Positions 1-8,161 of a stretch of 64,000 nucleotides of DNA are shown here, piece after piece. Both the position numbers and the translations under genes were made by a program. Source of the DNA: an uncultured bacterium. Its GTDB lineage: Bacteria > Acidobacteriota > Thermoanaerobaculia > Multivoradales > J023. Location of the stretch: NCBI GenBank assembly GCA_965366625.1, contig CBDUGP010000024.1, forward strand, positions 3,767 to 67,766, in the 5' to 3' direction. Numbering within the stretch: the stretch's first letter is position 1; each line of letters begins with the position of its first letter. The notes beneath the pieces were generated by a model. It made no database searches. It was given only the letters and a program-made list of their open reading frames with translations, and had not been told where the DNA came from.

Positions 1-1
1 C

Positions 2-838
2 CAAGGGCTCAACCTGGGCAACGGCGGCGACTTCCCGGAATCGGTATTCGCGGGTTTGATCGGCTGCATCTACGGCCGTCCCGCGCCCCATTACGCCGGC
101 CCGTCCCTGTCGCCGTGGCGCGGTGACGTGGCCAAGGCGATCATCCTGATCGGTGACGCGCCGCCCCACGATCCGGAGCCCTACAGCGCCTACGACCTGG
201 CTGGCGTCATCGCCGACGCCAACAGCGGTGGCATTTCCGCCCTGAACGCCGCCGTGACCCCCGAAAAGGCCGCGGTATGCGACGACGACTACGACGGCAT
301 CCGGATCTTCGCCATCCGCACCGGCTCGTCGTCGAGCGCCGCCGCGTACTTCCAGGCCCTGGCGGACGGCACCTGCGGCCAATACTTCGCCGCCTCACAG
401 CCGGACGACGTGGTGACCGCGATTCTGGAGATCATCGACGTCTTGGGCAACTCCAACGAGCCGCCCGTGGTCGACGGCGCCGTGCCGACGGTCACCGAGC
501 TGTGGCCGCCGAACCACAAGTGGAACGAGATCGGCATCCTCGGCATCTCCGATCCCGAGGGCCAAGAGGTGACCGTCGAGGTCACGGCCATCACCCAGGA
601 CGAACCTGTGGCCGGCCCGGGCAAACACCACCCGGACGGCGACGGGGTGGGCACCGCGAGCGCCCAGCTGCGCGCCGAACGGGACGGCGGCGGTGACGGC
701 CGCGTGTACACCGTGAGCTTCACCGCCACCGACCCCTCGGGCGCCTCGGCGGACGGCAGCGTGACCGTGTGCGTGCCCCACGACCAGGGCGGCGGTTGCG
801 TCGACAGCGGTCAGGCCTACGACTCGACCGTCGAATGA
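2..838 (+). CDS. 3' portion of a larger secreted protein: end of a vWA-like domain followed by an Ig/cadherin-like beta domain. Partial; continues upstream of the window.
   Basis: The reading frame is open from nt 2 with no upstream stop. The vWA-type C-terminal segment reads 'AIILIGDAPPHDP...'. A Gly/Asp-rich beta-domain follows ('WPPNHKWNEIGILG...RVYTVSFTATDPSG...VTVCVPHD'). Confidence 0.55.
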   Translation, partial: QGLNLGNGGDFPESVFAGLIGCIYGRPAPHYAGPSLSPWRGDVAKAIILIGDAPPHDPEPYSAYDLAGVIADANSGGISALNAAVTPEKAAVCDDDYDGIRIFAIRTGSSSSAAAYFQALADGTCGQYFAASQPDDVVTAILEIIDVLGNSNEPPVVDGAVPTVTELWPPNHKWNEIGILGISDPEGQEVTVEVTAITQDEPVAGPGKHHPDGDGVGTASAQLRAERDGGGDGRVYTVSFTATDPSGASADGSVTVCVPHDQGGGCVDSGQAYDSTVE

Positions 839-1130
839 CGGCGGCGATCGAGCCGTGACCGGACGGGCTCCTGAGCGTCGGCTCGGGAGCCCGTGGCCTC
901 GGGCCCCCGATTCGCGCTCTGGTGAATGTGTCTATATTTTTCTACCTGATTTGTTATTCTTGAACGAATGTGTTGATGGCGTCTGGAGGTAGATTGCCCA
1001 GCAAGCACCTTCGGACAGAGCAAGAGCGCGCCCCTCCCACGGCTCGGCACACGGGCTCGATCCGGCGCGATGTCCGTGACCGGACCGGTCGCCCGGCCAC
1101 CAGGAGGGCCATCCTCGAAAGGATGCTCCC

Positions 1131-2963
1131 ATGTGTCTTAATCGATTCGTATTCCTGTTGTCGGTTTTGCTGGTTCCCGGCTTTGCCTTTGCCGGCGGCC
1201 CCGTATTTCTCGACGGTGATCTCGGCCGAGTTCCCATCGCCTCCAAGGCCGACTTGCACGTGGCGGCCGACGCTACCCTGCAAAACATTCTGATGTCCCG
1301 GCTCGGCGCCTTGGGCGACGAGGAGATGCACGTGGTGCGCTCCTTTCAGGACGTTCTCGGCAACACCCACGTCCGCTTCCACCAGACCTACAACGGCCTG
1401 CCTGTGATCGGGGCCGACATGTACCTACACACGCGCACCGACGGCGCCGTCTACGCGGTCAACGGCTCCTTTTTGCGCGGCGGTGACCTGCCGTTCTCGC
1501 CCGCCCTCGGCGCCGAAAAAGCTTTGGCCCTCGGTCTCGGCAAGGCCGGACTCGCCGGCGAGCGTATCGACTCCGGAGCCGAGTTGGTCTACGTGCTCGA
1601 TGAAGAGGGCGAGGCGCACCTCGCCTGGCTCGCGGTGGTGGCCTACGTGGACCATCGCGGGCCACAGAGGGATCATGTCTTCGTCGACGCCATGAACGGC
1701 ACTCTCGTCGCACGCCATCCCCAGAATCACTACGCGCTTTCAATCTCCACCTACGACTGCAACGGCGGTACCGGCGGCTGCACCCTGGTGTCCACCTCGC
1801 CGTTCCCGATCAACACCGGCGATCCGGGCGTGGACGGAGCCCACAACAACACCATTGCCACCTATAACTACTACTTCAACGAGCACGGCCGCGACTCCCT
1901 CGACGACAACGGTATGCCGTTCATCGTTTGGGCCAACTACGGAAACAACTACAGCAATGTCTTCTTTGACGGCAGCCGACTGATATGCGGTAGCGGTGAC
2001 GGCGTCAACTTCTTGGATCTGTGCATCGATGCCGACATCGTGGCCCACGAGCTGACCCACGGCGTGATCGTCAATGAATCCAACCTGATCTACGCCAACG
2101 AGTCCGGGGCGCTCAACGAGTCCCTCGCCGACATCTTCGGCGCCGCCGTCGATCGCCAGGAAGGCGCGAGCATCACCGACACCTGGCTGGTGGGCGAAGA
2201 CGTGCTCACCCCGGGCGTCCCGGGAGACGGCGTGCGGGTGATGAATTACCCGTCGTCCGTGGGCGATTACGACTATTACCCGACCCGTTACACGGGCACC
2301 GCGGACAACGGTGGCGTGCATTGGAACTCGGGCATCGGTAACCTGGCCTTCGTGCTCATGGTCGAGGGCGGGACCCATCCCGACGGCGCCACCACGATCA
2401 ACGTCCCGGCCCTGGACCCGGACTTCGACACCAGCCTGGGCATGGCTGCCGACATCTTCTACTACGCCAACACCACCTGCCTCACGGCTTCCTCCAACTT
2501 CGAGGCCGCCCGCGGCTGCACCGCGCTCGCGGCCCAGCTGATCTACGGCGCCTCCGCCGAAACCTCGGTCCAAGCCGGCTGGGACGCCGTGGGCGTGCCC
2601 GGCGGCACCGGCGGCGGTGGGGGCGGCGGCGGTGGCGGCGGTGCTCCCTGCACCGGAACCAGCGTCTACACTGGCACCGTCCCCTCGGGCGGCACCCTCG
2701 TGACCCCGAATTGCACGACGTTGGGCAACCTCAGCGGTAAGCTCCAATGCCTCTCCGGTATCGCCGACCTGGACCTCTACCTCGACAAGGAAACCTGCTC
2801 CGGCTGGATGGGTTGCTCCTTCTCCGCCGTAGCCTCCTCGGCTACCGCCAGTTGCAGCGAGGGAATCAAGTCCTACAGCGGCACTCGAGGCACCTACCGT
2901 TGGCGCGTCGTCAACTCCAGCGGCCCGGACGAAGATATGCGCCTCTGCACGGACCCGTGCTGA
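1131..2963 (+). CDS. Secreted M4 (thermolysin/vibriolysin-like) zinc metalloprotease with N-terminal propeptide, Gly13 linker and C-terminal pre-peptidase (PPC-like) domain
   Basis: Signal peptide 'MCLNRFVFLLSVLLVPGFAFA'. HEXXH zinc motif 'VAHELTHGV', with the downstream third ligand in 'NESGALNESLADIFG'. Poly-Gly tract 'GGTGGGGGGGGGGGAPC'. Cys-containing C-terminal domain. Confidence 0.85.
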   Translation: MCLNRFVFLLSVLLVPGFAFAGGPVFLDGDLGRVPIASKADLHVAADATLQNILMSRLGALGDEEMHVVRSFQDVLGNTHVRFHQTYNGLPVIGADMYLHTRTDGAVYAVNGSFLRGGDLPFSPALGAEKALALGLGKAGLAGERIDSGAELVYVLDEEGEAHLAWLAVVAYVDHRGPQRDHVFVDAMNGTLVARHPQNHYALSISTYDCNGGTGGCTLVSTSPFPINTGDPGVDGAHNNTIATYNYYFNEHGRDSLDDNGMPFIVWANYGNNYSNVFFDGSRLICGSGDGVNFLDLCIDADIVAHELTHGVIVNESNLIYANESGALNESLADIFGAAVDRQEGASITDTWLVGEDVLTPGVPGDGVRVMNYPSSVGDYDYYPTRYTGTADNGGVHWNSGIGNLAFVLMVEGGTHPDGATTINVPALDPDFDTSLGMAADIFYYANTTCLTASSNFEAARGCTALAAQLIYGASAETSVQAGWDAVGVPGGTGGGGGGGGGGGAPCTGTSVYTGTVPSGGTLVTPNCTTLGNLSGKLQCLSGIADLDLYLDKETCSGWMGCSFSAVASSATASCSEGIKSYSGTRGTYRWRVVNSSGPDEDMRLCTDPC

Positions 2964-3008
2964 TGAAGAGTCGGATTCCCGGCCCCTCGGCTTGAAAAAA
3001 GGCCCGCC

Positions 3009-3042
3009 CGGAGCGCCTCGGCGAGGCGCCCGGGTCTTTTCT
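3009..3042 (+). terminator. Putative rho-independent terminator after the M4 protease gene
   Basis: GC hairpin 'ggcgcctcggcgaggcgcc' followed by the T-rich stretch 'cgggtcttttct'. Confidence 0.4.
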
Positions 3043-3267
3043 ATGGACGCCGATCCGCTTCGTCCGCCCAAGTGACTCTGGATGACGGCATTGGAGAAGG
3101 GCTCATCGTCAACGACGACATCGTTCTGATGGTGTCGGTGGTCCAGAGGTGGCGGAGGTGTCTCGGGGATCGAGTGCGTGCTAGAGTTTTACGAGGTCGA
3201 AGGCAAGAAAGCCGGCCCCAACCTTTAGATACACCGGCCGAGCCGAAGAGAGCGAAGGGGATCCGAA

Positions 3268-3495
3268 ATGCACGTGCTGGAGTTGGAAGAAGCCCAGTCT
3301 CGACTGTCCGAGCTTCTCCGCGAAGCCGCGGTCGGGAAAGAGGTAGGCATTCGGCACACGGACGGAGTGGTTTTCCGCTTGGTGCTGATGGAGGCACCTC
3401 CGCGTCGGCCGCGCTACGGAAGCGCGAAGGACGCAATTGAAATCAGCGACGATTTCGAGGAGCCCCTCGACGATTTCGAGACCTATGGGCCGTGA
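3268..3495 (+). CDS. vapB: Type II antitoxin (Phd/VapB-like)
   Basis: A 75-aa acidic protein. It overlaps the downstream PIN toxin gene by 4 nt, the typical TA arrangement. Confidence 0.7.
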   Translation: MHVLELEEAQSRLSELLREAAVGKEVGIRHTDGVVFRLVLMEAPPRRPRYGSAKDAIEISDDFEEPLDDFETYGP

Positions 3496-3881
3496 GGATT
3501 CTGCTCGATACCCACACGTTTCTCTGGTTCATCGGCGGCGATTCACGACTCCACACGGAAGCTCGTCGGCGGATCGAGGATCTCGAAAACAGACGATTTC
3601 TCAGCATTGCCAGCCTTTGGGAAATAGCGATCAAATCCAGTTTGGGTAAGCTTCGGCTGGGAATGTCCGTCACGGAGCTTGCCCGTAGCCAGGTCGAAGG
3701 CAACGCCATCGACGTGTTGGGTATCACGGCGGCCCATCTGGATTCTATGGCTAAGCAGCCGTTTCACCATAAAGACCCGTTTGATCGGCTCATCATCGCC
3801 CAAAGCCTGGTTGAAGATATTCCCGTGCTGGGCAAAGACGCCGCCTTCGATCTTTACTCCATTCGCCGCCTCTGGGATTGA
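3492..3881 (+). CDS. vapC: PIN-domain toxin VapC
   Basis: N-terminal 'ILLDTHTFLW' with the conserved Asp. 129 aa. Translationally coupled to the upstream antitoxin. Confidence 0.8.
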   Translation: MRILLDTHTFLWFIGGDSRLHTEARRRIEDLENRRFLSIASLWEIAIKSSLGKLRLGMSVTELARSQVEGNAIDVLGITAAHLDSMAKQPFHHKDPFDRLIIAQSLVEDIPVLGKDAAFDLYSIRRLWD

Positions 3882-3977
3882 GCCTTGACGATTCTGGCGT
3901 CTCGAGCGCCTGTCGAGAACGTGACTCAGTGGCGGCTAGGAACAGGGGCCGCGAGAACGGCGTGCGCAATCAACCGA

Positions 3978-5495
3978 TTAGTCGGTCATTTGAATGTTGC
4001 TGAAGTGGGGGATTCCGAGGGGAGACAGGGGCAGCTTGCGGACGTTGAACCGGTGGCTGACGGAGGTGCCGCCGAAGAGCACCGGGATGAGGGGCACGTG
4101 TTCGCGCAGCAAGTTCAGGGCCTCGCTCTGATGCTCGGCCGAAGGCTCTCGACGCATCTTCTCGATCACCGCATCGGTTTCCGGATGGCTCCAGCGACAG
4201 AGGTTAGCCCGGTTGAGCTGAGGCTCACCGACCCTGGGAATGGCCCCGGAAAATAGGTTGCCGGCCAGGAAGGCGGCTGGATCCAGGGTGTCGGGAATCC
4301 AGCCGGAAAGGGCCAGGTCATAGTTACCGGTTTCGGTCTCGCGGTAGTAGTCGGCGATGCTGCTCAGTTGCTCGATTTTGACTCGAACTCCGAGGGTTGC
4401 CAGCTGCTTAGCGATGATAGAAGCGGTGTTTTCTGGCCGCGGCAAATAAGGCCGAGGTCCCCAAATTACAATCATGCGCAAGGATTCCGGCAGCCCCCCT
4501 GCGGAGCTGAGCCAATGCTGCGCTTCATGGGGATCATGGCGAAAGCCGTCGGATTGGCGGCCCATGATCGGTGGCAGCAAGCCGGAGGCTGTAAAGGCCA
4601 AGGGGTTACTGTAGGCTTCGGCGGCGATCGCTTCCCGATGGATGGCGTAAGCCAGCGCTTTGCGGGCGTTCAAGTCGGAGAACGGCGGCCTTTCGGTGTT
4701 GGGATAGAGGATCGCCGTGGAGCTGCCCGGCTCGAACCAACGGTTGACGCCACGCAGAGCCTTGAGATCTTCGCGGCTGAGATCAAGGGTCAAATCGATT
4801 TGGCCGGAGCCGAGGGCTTCAAGCAACTTGCGGGGTCGACCGTCAGCGTCAGGAGGCAAGGTCCAAATTTCGACCGCGTCCAGGGCGTTCTGATGTCGGT
4901 AGTGGGGATTTCGACGCAACAAGACTCTTTGGGAGTTGGCATCAACGATCAGAAAAGGGCCGGTGCCGAGCAAGGATTCGCCCTTTCGAAGGGCAGCACA
5001 ACAGAAAATTTGGGTCAGCGTGAGGTCGAATCGACCGTTGGGTTGCTCGAGCTGGAAAACGATTCGCCCGTCGACGACCTCAATCGTGGCCTGGGCGGTC
5101 AAGGTAGGTGACGAGCGCAACCAGCTCGTGAGCTGCTCGGTGGTCAAACGCGAGCCGTCGGAGAATCGGATCCCCCCGGGCAAGGGAGCCGAGAATCGGG
5201 TTTGGTCGGGGGATTCCGACCGCAGGGGCGAGGCGAAGAGGGTGGGTAGGGGAGGATCTTCTCCCGCGGGTTGGGAATAGGGTGCCTCGAACACTTGATG
5301 AAGGACCAATTTATCCATCAAGTCCGGAGCGAGACGGGGGTCTAGCTCCTTAGGGCCGCGCAAAACCCCGACGCGAAGCACCTTGGGATTTGTCCTAGAG
5401 CTGGGCTTCGCCTTCGACCTGCCGCCGGATGCCGGGGGGTTGCGGCTCATCGGCGAAACTCGGGGCTGGGGTTTCTCGGCTGGGTGAGGGTGCAT
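3978..5495 (-). CDS. Solute-binding protein family 5 (peptide/nickel-type ABC SBP fold), orphan; no recognisable signal peptide
   Basis: SBP_bac_5-like segments ('PPFSDLNARKALAYAIHREAI', 'GNYDLALSGWIPD'). N-terminus is basic and disordered rather than hydrophobic. No permease or ATPase genes are adjacent. Confidence 0.6.
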   Translation of the reverse strand: MHPHPAEKPQPRVSPMSRNPPASGGRSKAKPSSRTNPKVLRVGVLRGPKELDPRLAPDLMDKLVLHQVFEAPYSQPAGEDPPLPTLFASPLRSESPDQTRFSAPLPGGIRFSDGSRLTTEQLTSWLRSSPTLTAQATIEVVDGRIVFQLEQPNGRFDLTLTQIFCCAALRKGESLLGTGPFLIVDANSQRVLLRRNPHYRHQNALDAVEIWTLPPDADGRPRKLLEALGSGQIDLTLDLSREDLKALRGVNRWFEPGSSTAILYPNTERPPFSDLNARKALAYAIHREAIAAEAYSNPLAFTASGLLPPIMGRQSDGFRHDPHEAQHWLSSAGGLPESLRMIVIWGPRPYLPRPENTASIIAKQLATLGVRVKIEQLSSIADYYRETETGNYDLALSGWIPDTLDPAAFLAGNLFSGAIPRVGEPQLNRANLCRWSHPETDAVIEKMRREPSAEHQSEALNLLREHVPLIPVLFGGTSVSHRFNVRKLPLSPLGIPHFSNIQMTD

Positions 5496-5871
5496 CCGTT
5501 CAATGTTGCGGTCCTTTTCTCTCGTAGGCTCCCTCTGGGGGTGCTAACTAAAGATTTGAAGAGAGACACGGCGGCAAGTAAATGGCATGTTTCGCGACCT
5601 TTCGCAACCTTAGTAGCCTGTGGCAAAAGTCTCACCGCGCTGCGAGCGCGCCTTTTCCGCCGAATCTTTGTTGGAAAACCTCGACGATTCTCGAATCGCC
5701 TGCGGTTGTCACGCCTCGACTCGGCGAAAAATTCGCAGCTCTTGCCGGCGGCAGACTTCTGCCACAGGCTGTTGGCCGACCGATGAAAAAGACCCTTTTA
5801 AGATACCACGGTCGTTCGCCAGTCCTTGGGCCGAATCTCTCGTCTCTGTCCCCTGGCTTCTACCCTCCGTC

Positions 5872-7233
5872 TCAGAAATAGCGCTTGAGGGTCAGCTGAA
5901 GGTAGTCGTCGTTTTCAAAAGCGACCAGCGGATCTTCAGGCTCAGGGTCGACGAAAGCGCGCAGGCGCGCTTCGAGTTCATATCGCTCCCCCAAACGTCG
6001 GCTACCCTCCAGGTTGATGAAGGCCGCGTTGCTATCGACGTCCCAAGCCGCGCCCACCAGCAGCTCGGTGGATTGGACGTCGTTCCAAGCCAGCCTCGCG
6101 CCGACGAAGAAGTCGTCCTCAAAGGCCGTGGTCGCCTGATTCCCTCGCTCGTCCCATAGATATTCGAGCAATAGGCCGACGTCTAAACCGCTGCCGCGCA
6201 GGTCGAAGAAGGTGTATTCAAATCCACCCGCCGCCGCGAGGTAGTCGCCGAAGCCGGGGTTTCGATCCTCGGGGTCAGGGCTCCACCGGGAAATGGCTTC
6301 GAGCTTCCAGAGCCAGGCGTCGAGGGTGGCTTGAAGGTCGAGGCCGAGCTGATCGATTTGCGAATAGAAAGGGATTAGCACCACACCTTCGGCCCGTGTT
6401 TCCGGGAGCAGTAGGGGCTCGCGGGAGGTGCCACGGAAGTAGGACACACCGAAGTCCACATCGCCGAGCACCCGGGACCACCGGAGGGCGAGGTCGAGGT
6501 GGCCCTGGTCCGCTCCAGACGCGTAAGCTGCCGCGTCCGTATCCACCTCGAGCGAGGGCCGAAGCCTGCCGTCCAAGCCGGGAAAGGTGCGCTCGCGGAA
6601 GCCGGTCAGGAGGTAGAGGTCGAGCCGACCCCAAGACTTGGACCATCCCACATGCACCATGGGTTGGCCGAGCTTGTCCTCGCCGTCCGGATCTTCCACC
6701 AAGTCGGTTTGGTTGACGATGTCCACCAAGTGCACGGATTCGGTGACGCCCCAAAATACTTTGCGCAGCCCGACATCCAGTTGCCACCCATTTCCGAGCC
6801 GTTGCCAATAGAACTCGCGAAAGTCGAAGTGGCTGCGCTCGTCGTCGTCGGCGTCGAATCGAAGGAAAGGACGAACCACGAAGCGATCGCGCCCGTCGTT
6901 CCATTGGCGAAAGTATTCCGGTTCGAGGACCACGGAGCCAACCGTATTGGTCTGTGCTGCGTCGGATTCGAGCTGGGATTCGAGGTCGGATTCGAAAGCC
7001 CGGAATTCGATTCCGAAATAACCCGTCCATTCACCTCGGGTTGACGTCGGGGGCTTCTGAGACGAGGTCTCCTGGGACGAGGTCTCCTGGGACGAGGCCG
7101 GCACGGCCACTGCGGTTGCAAGGGCTAGGGTTGACGCCGCCAGGGTTGCCGCCGCCAGGGTTGCCGCCGCCGCCGCGGTAGCCGACAGCAGGGCCGTGCC
7201 GATCGATTGTCGAATGCGGAGAATGCTGAGCAT
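5872..7233 (-). CDS. Secreted outer-membrane protein, DUF1302-like, partner of the RND/MMPL exporter
   Basis: Ala-rich signal/repeat N-terminus ('AAAAATLAAATLAASTLALATAVA', 'SQETSSQETSSQ'). Ends in aromatic 'KRYF'. Genomic context with the LolA-like and MMPL genes. Confidence 0.5.
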   Translation of the reverse strand: MLSILRIRQSIGTALLSATAAAAATLAAATLAASTLALATAVAVPASSQETSSQETSSQKPPTSTRGEWTGYFGIEFRAFESDLESQLESDAAQTNTVGSVVLEPEYFRQWNDGRDRFVVRPFLRFDADDDERSHFDFREFYWQRLGNGWQLDVGLRKVFWGVTESVHLVDIVNQTDLVEDPDGEDKLGQPMVHVGWSKSWGRLDLYLLTGFRERTFPGLDGRLRPSLEVDTDAAAYASGADQGHLDLALRWSRVLGDVDFGVSYFRGTSREPLLLPETRAEGVVLIPFYSQIDQLGLDLQATLDAWLWKLEAISRWSPDPEDRNPGFGDYLAAAGGFEYTFFDLRGSGLDVGLLLEYLWDERGNQATTAFEDDFFVGARLAWNDVQSTELLVGAAWDVDSNAAFINLEGSRRLGERYELEARLRAFVDPEPEDPLVAFENDDYLQLTLKRYF

Positions 7234-7243
7234 CCCGTTCCTT

Positions 7244-8107
7244 TCAGCGGGCGCTGGCCAAAACGGCGCGGTCGAAATCGGCTTGGTTATACCCGTTGCG
7301 GAACGAAAACTCCGACCACAGAAGGTCCGTCGATTTACCGGTTTGGTGATTGAGCATTCTCATGGTTTGGGGCCGCCAATATTGGCCGAGAAATTGCTCG
7401 AACTCGCTTTGCACGAGGGTCTTCAGCAGATCCCCTTTGCGATCGTAGTAGACGATTTTGAGAGTTCGATATTCCGTTTGATCGATCCAAACCTCCTGCC
7501 GGGTATAACCGGATTTACGGTGGGTGGGGATGCGCTCGATGACGAAGGTTTTTTCGCCCGCCAATACTTCCTCGCGCAAAAAGCGGTAGGTGAACTCTTC
7601 GAACTCTTGGGAGGAAATGTCCTCGTAGGCAAACTCGCTGCCCATGAACGGGCCGCTCTTATTGGACGAAGAGATCCGCTTGACCCTCTTCAAAGCCGGC
7701 AAATAGAGCCATTGGTCGTCATCACCGTCGACATGGCTGAAGGTCAGGAAGGCGGTGCCGTTGACGTCGCGGGGATGGTCGAAAATCACCAGTGATTTAT
7801 CGCCGTCATTCTCTTGTTCAAGAAAACGTGAGCGCAGCTCGCGGGTCGATTGATCGCCGTGGGCGTTGCGAAGGATCATCTTCAGTTTGGCGCTGTAATC
7901 GGAAAAACCCGAATCTCGGCGCTCCGCTTCGAGAGCGATCGCCTGTCCCTTCTCAACCGCGGGGTCGGGGGTGGCGTGGGTGATGCCCGAACGCGCGGCG
8001 GCCGCGGAGGCCCAAAAGGTGGTGGCCATGGCTGCGAGGGTCAGGGCGGTGGCGGTCTTCGTGACGGTCTTTTGAGTGAAGAGTCGGTTTGAGTTCAATT
8101 GGGACAT
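7244..8107 (-). CDS. Outer membrane lipoprotein-sorting (LolA-like) protein associated with RND/MMPL exporters
   Basis: 287 aa with a signal peptide. Similar to LolA-like proteins that flank MMPL/HpnN-type transporters. Same strand and tightly spaced in the operon. Confidence 0.55.
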   Translation of the reverse strand: MSQLNSNRLFTQKTVTKTATALTLAAMATTFWASAAAARSGITHATPDPAVEKGQAIALEAERRDSGFSDYSAKLKMILRNAHGDQSTRELRSRFLEQENDGDKSLVIFDHPRDVNGTAFLTFSHVDGDDDQWLYLPALKRVKRISSSNKSGPFMGSEFAYEDISSQEFEEFTYRFLREEVLAGEKTFVIERIPTHRKSGYTRQEVWIDQTEYRTLKIVYYDRKGDLLKTLVQSEFEQFLGQYWRPQTMRMLNHQTGKSTDLLWSEFSFRNGYNQADFDRAVLASAR

Positions 8108-8161
8108 GTTTTTCTCCTAGGCAGAGGTTCATTTTCGATCAGTTGGCAATCAGAGGCCGGG

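Noticed and set aside
2598-2645. Homopolymeric Gly-codon run in the protease gene as a frameshift or pseudogene site
   Set aside because: The reading frame is maintained and the downstream PPC-like domain is intact. It is interpreted as a flexible linker.
1740-3071. 443-aa antisense ORF opposite the M4 protease. Similar long antisense ORFs occur at 11642-12835, 13154-14191, 16054-17133, 28545-30533, 50444-52444, 53402-55966 and 60044-61660.
   Set aside because: These are typical high-GC artefacts with Arg, Gly and Ala-rich low-complexity translations. Each lies entirely inside a well-supported gene on the other strand.
7036-7200. Short tandem DNA repeats (gacgaggtctcctgg x2, gccgccagggttgcc x3)
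   Set aside because: They lie inside the coding N-terminus of the DUF1302-like gene and simply encode its Ala-rich and SQET repeats. They are not an independent element.
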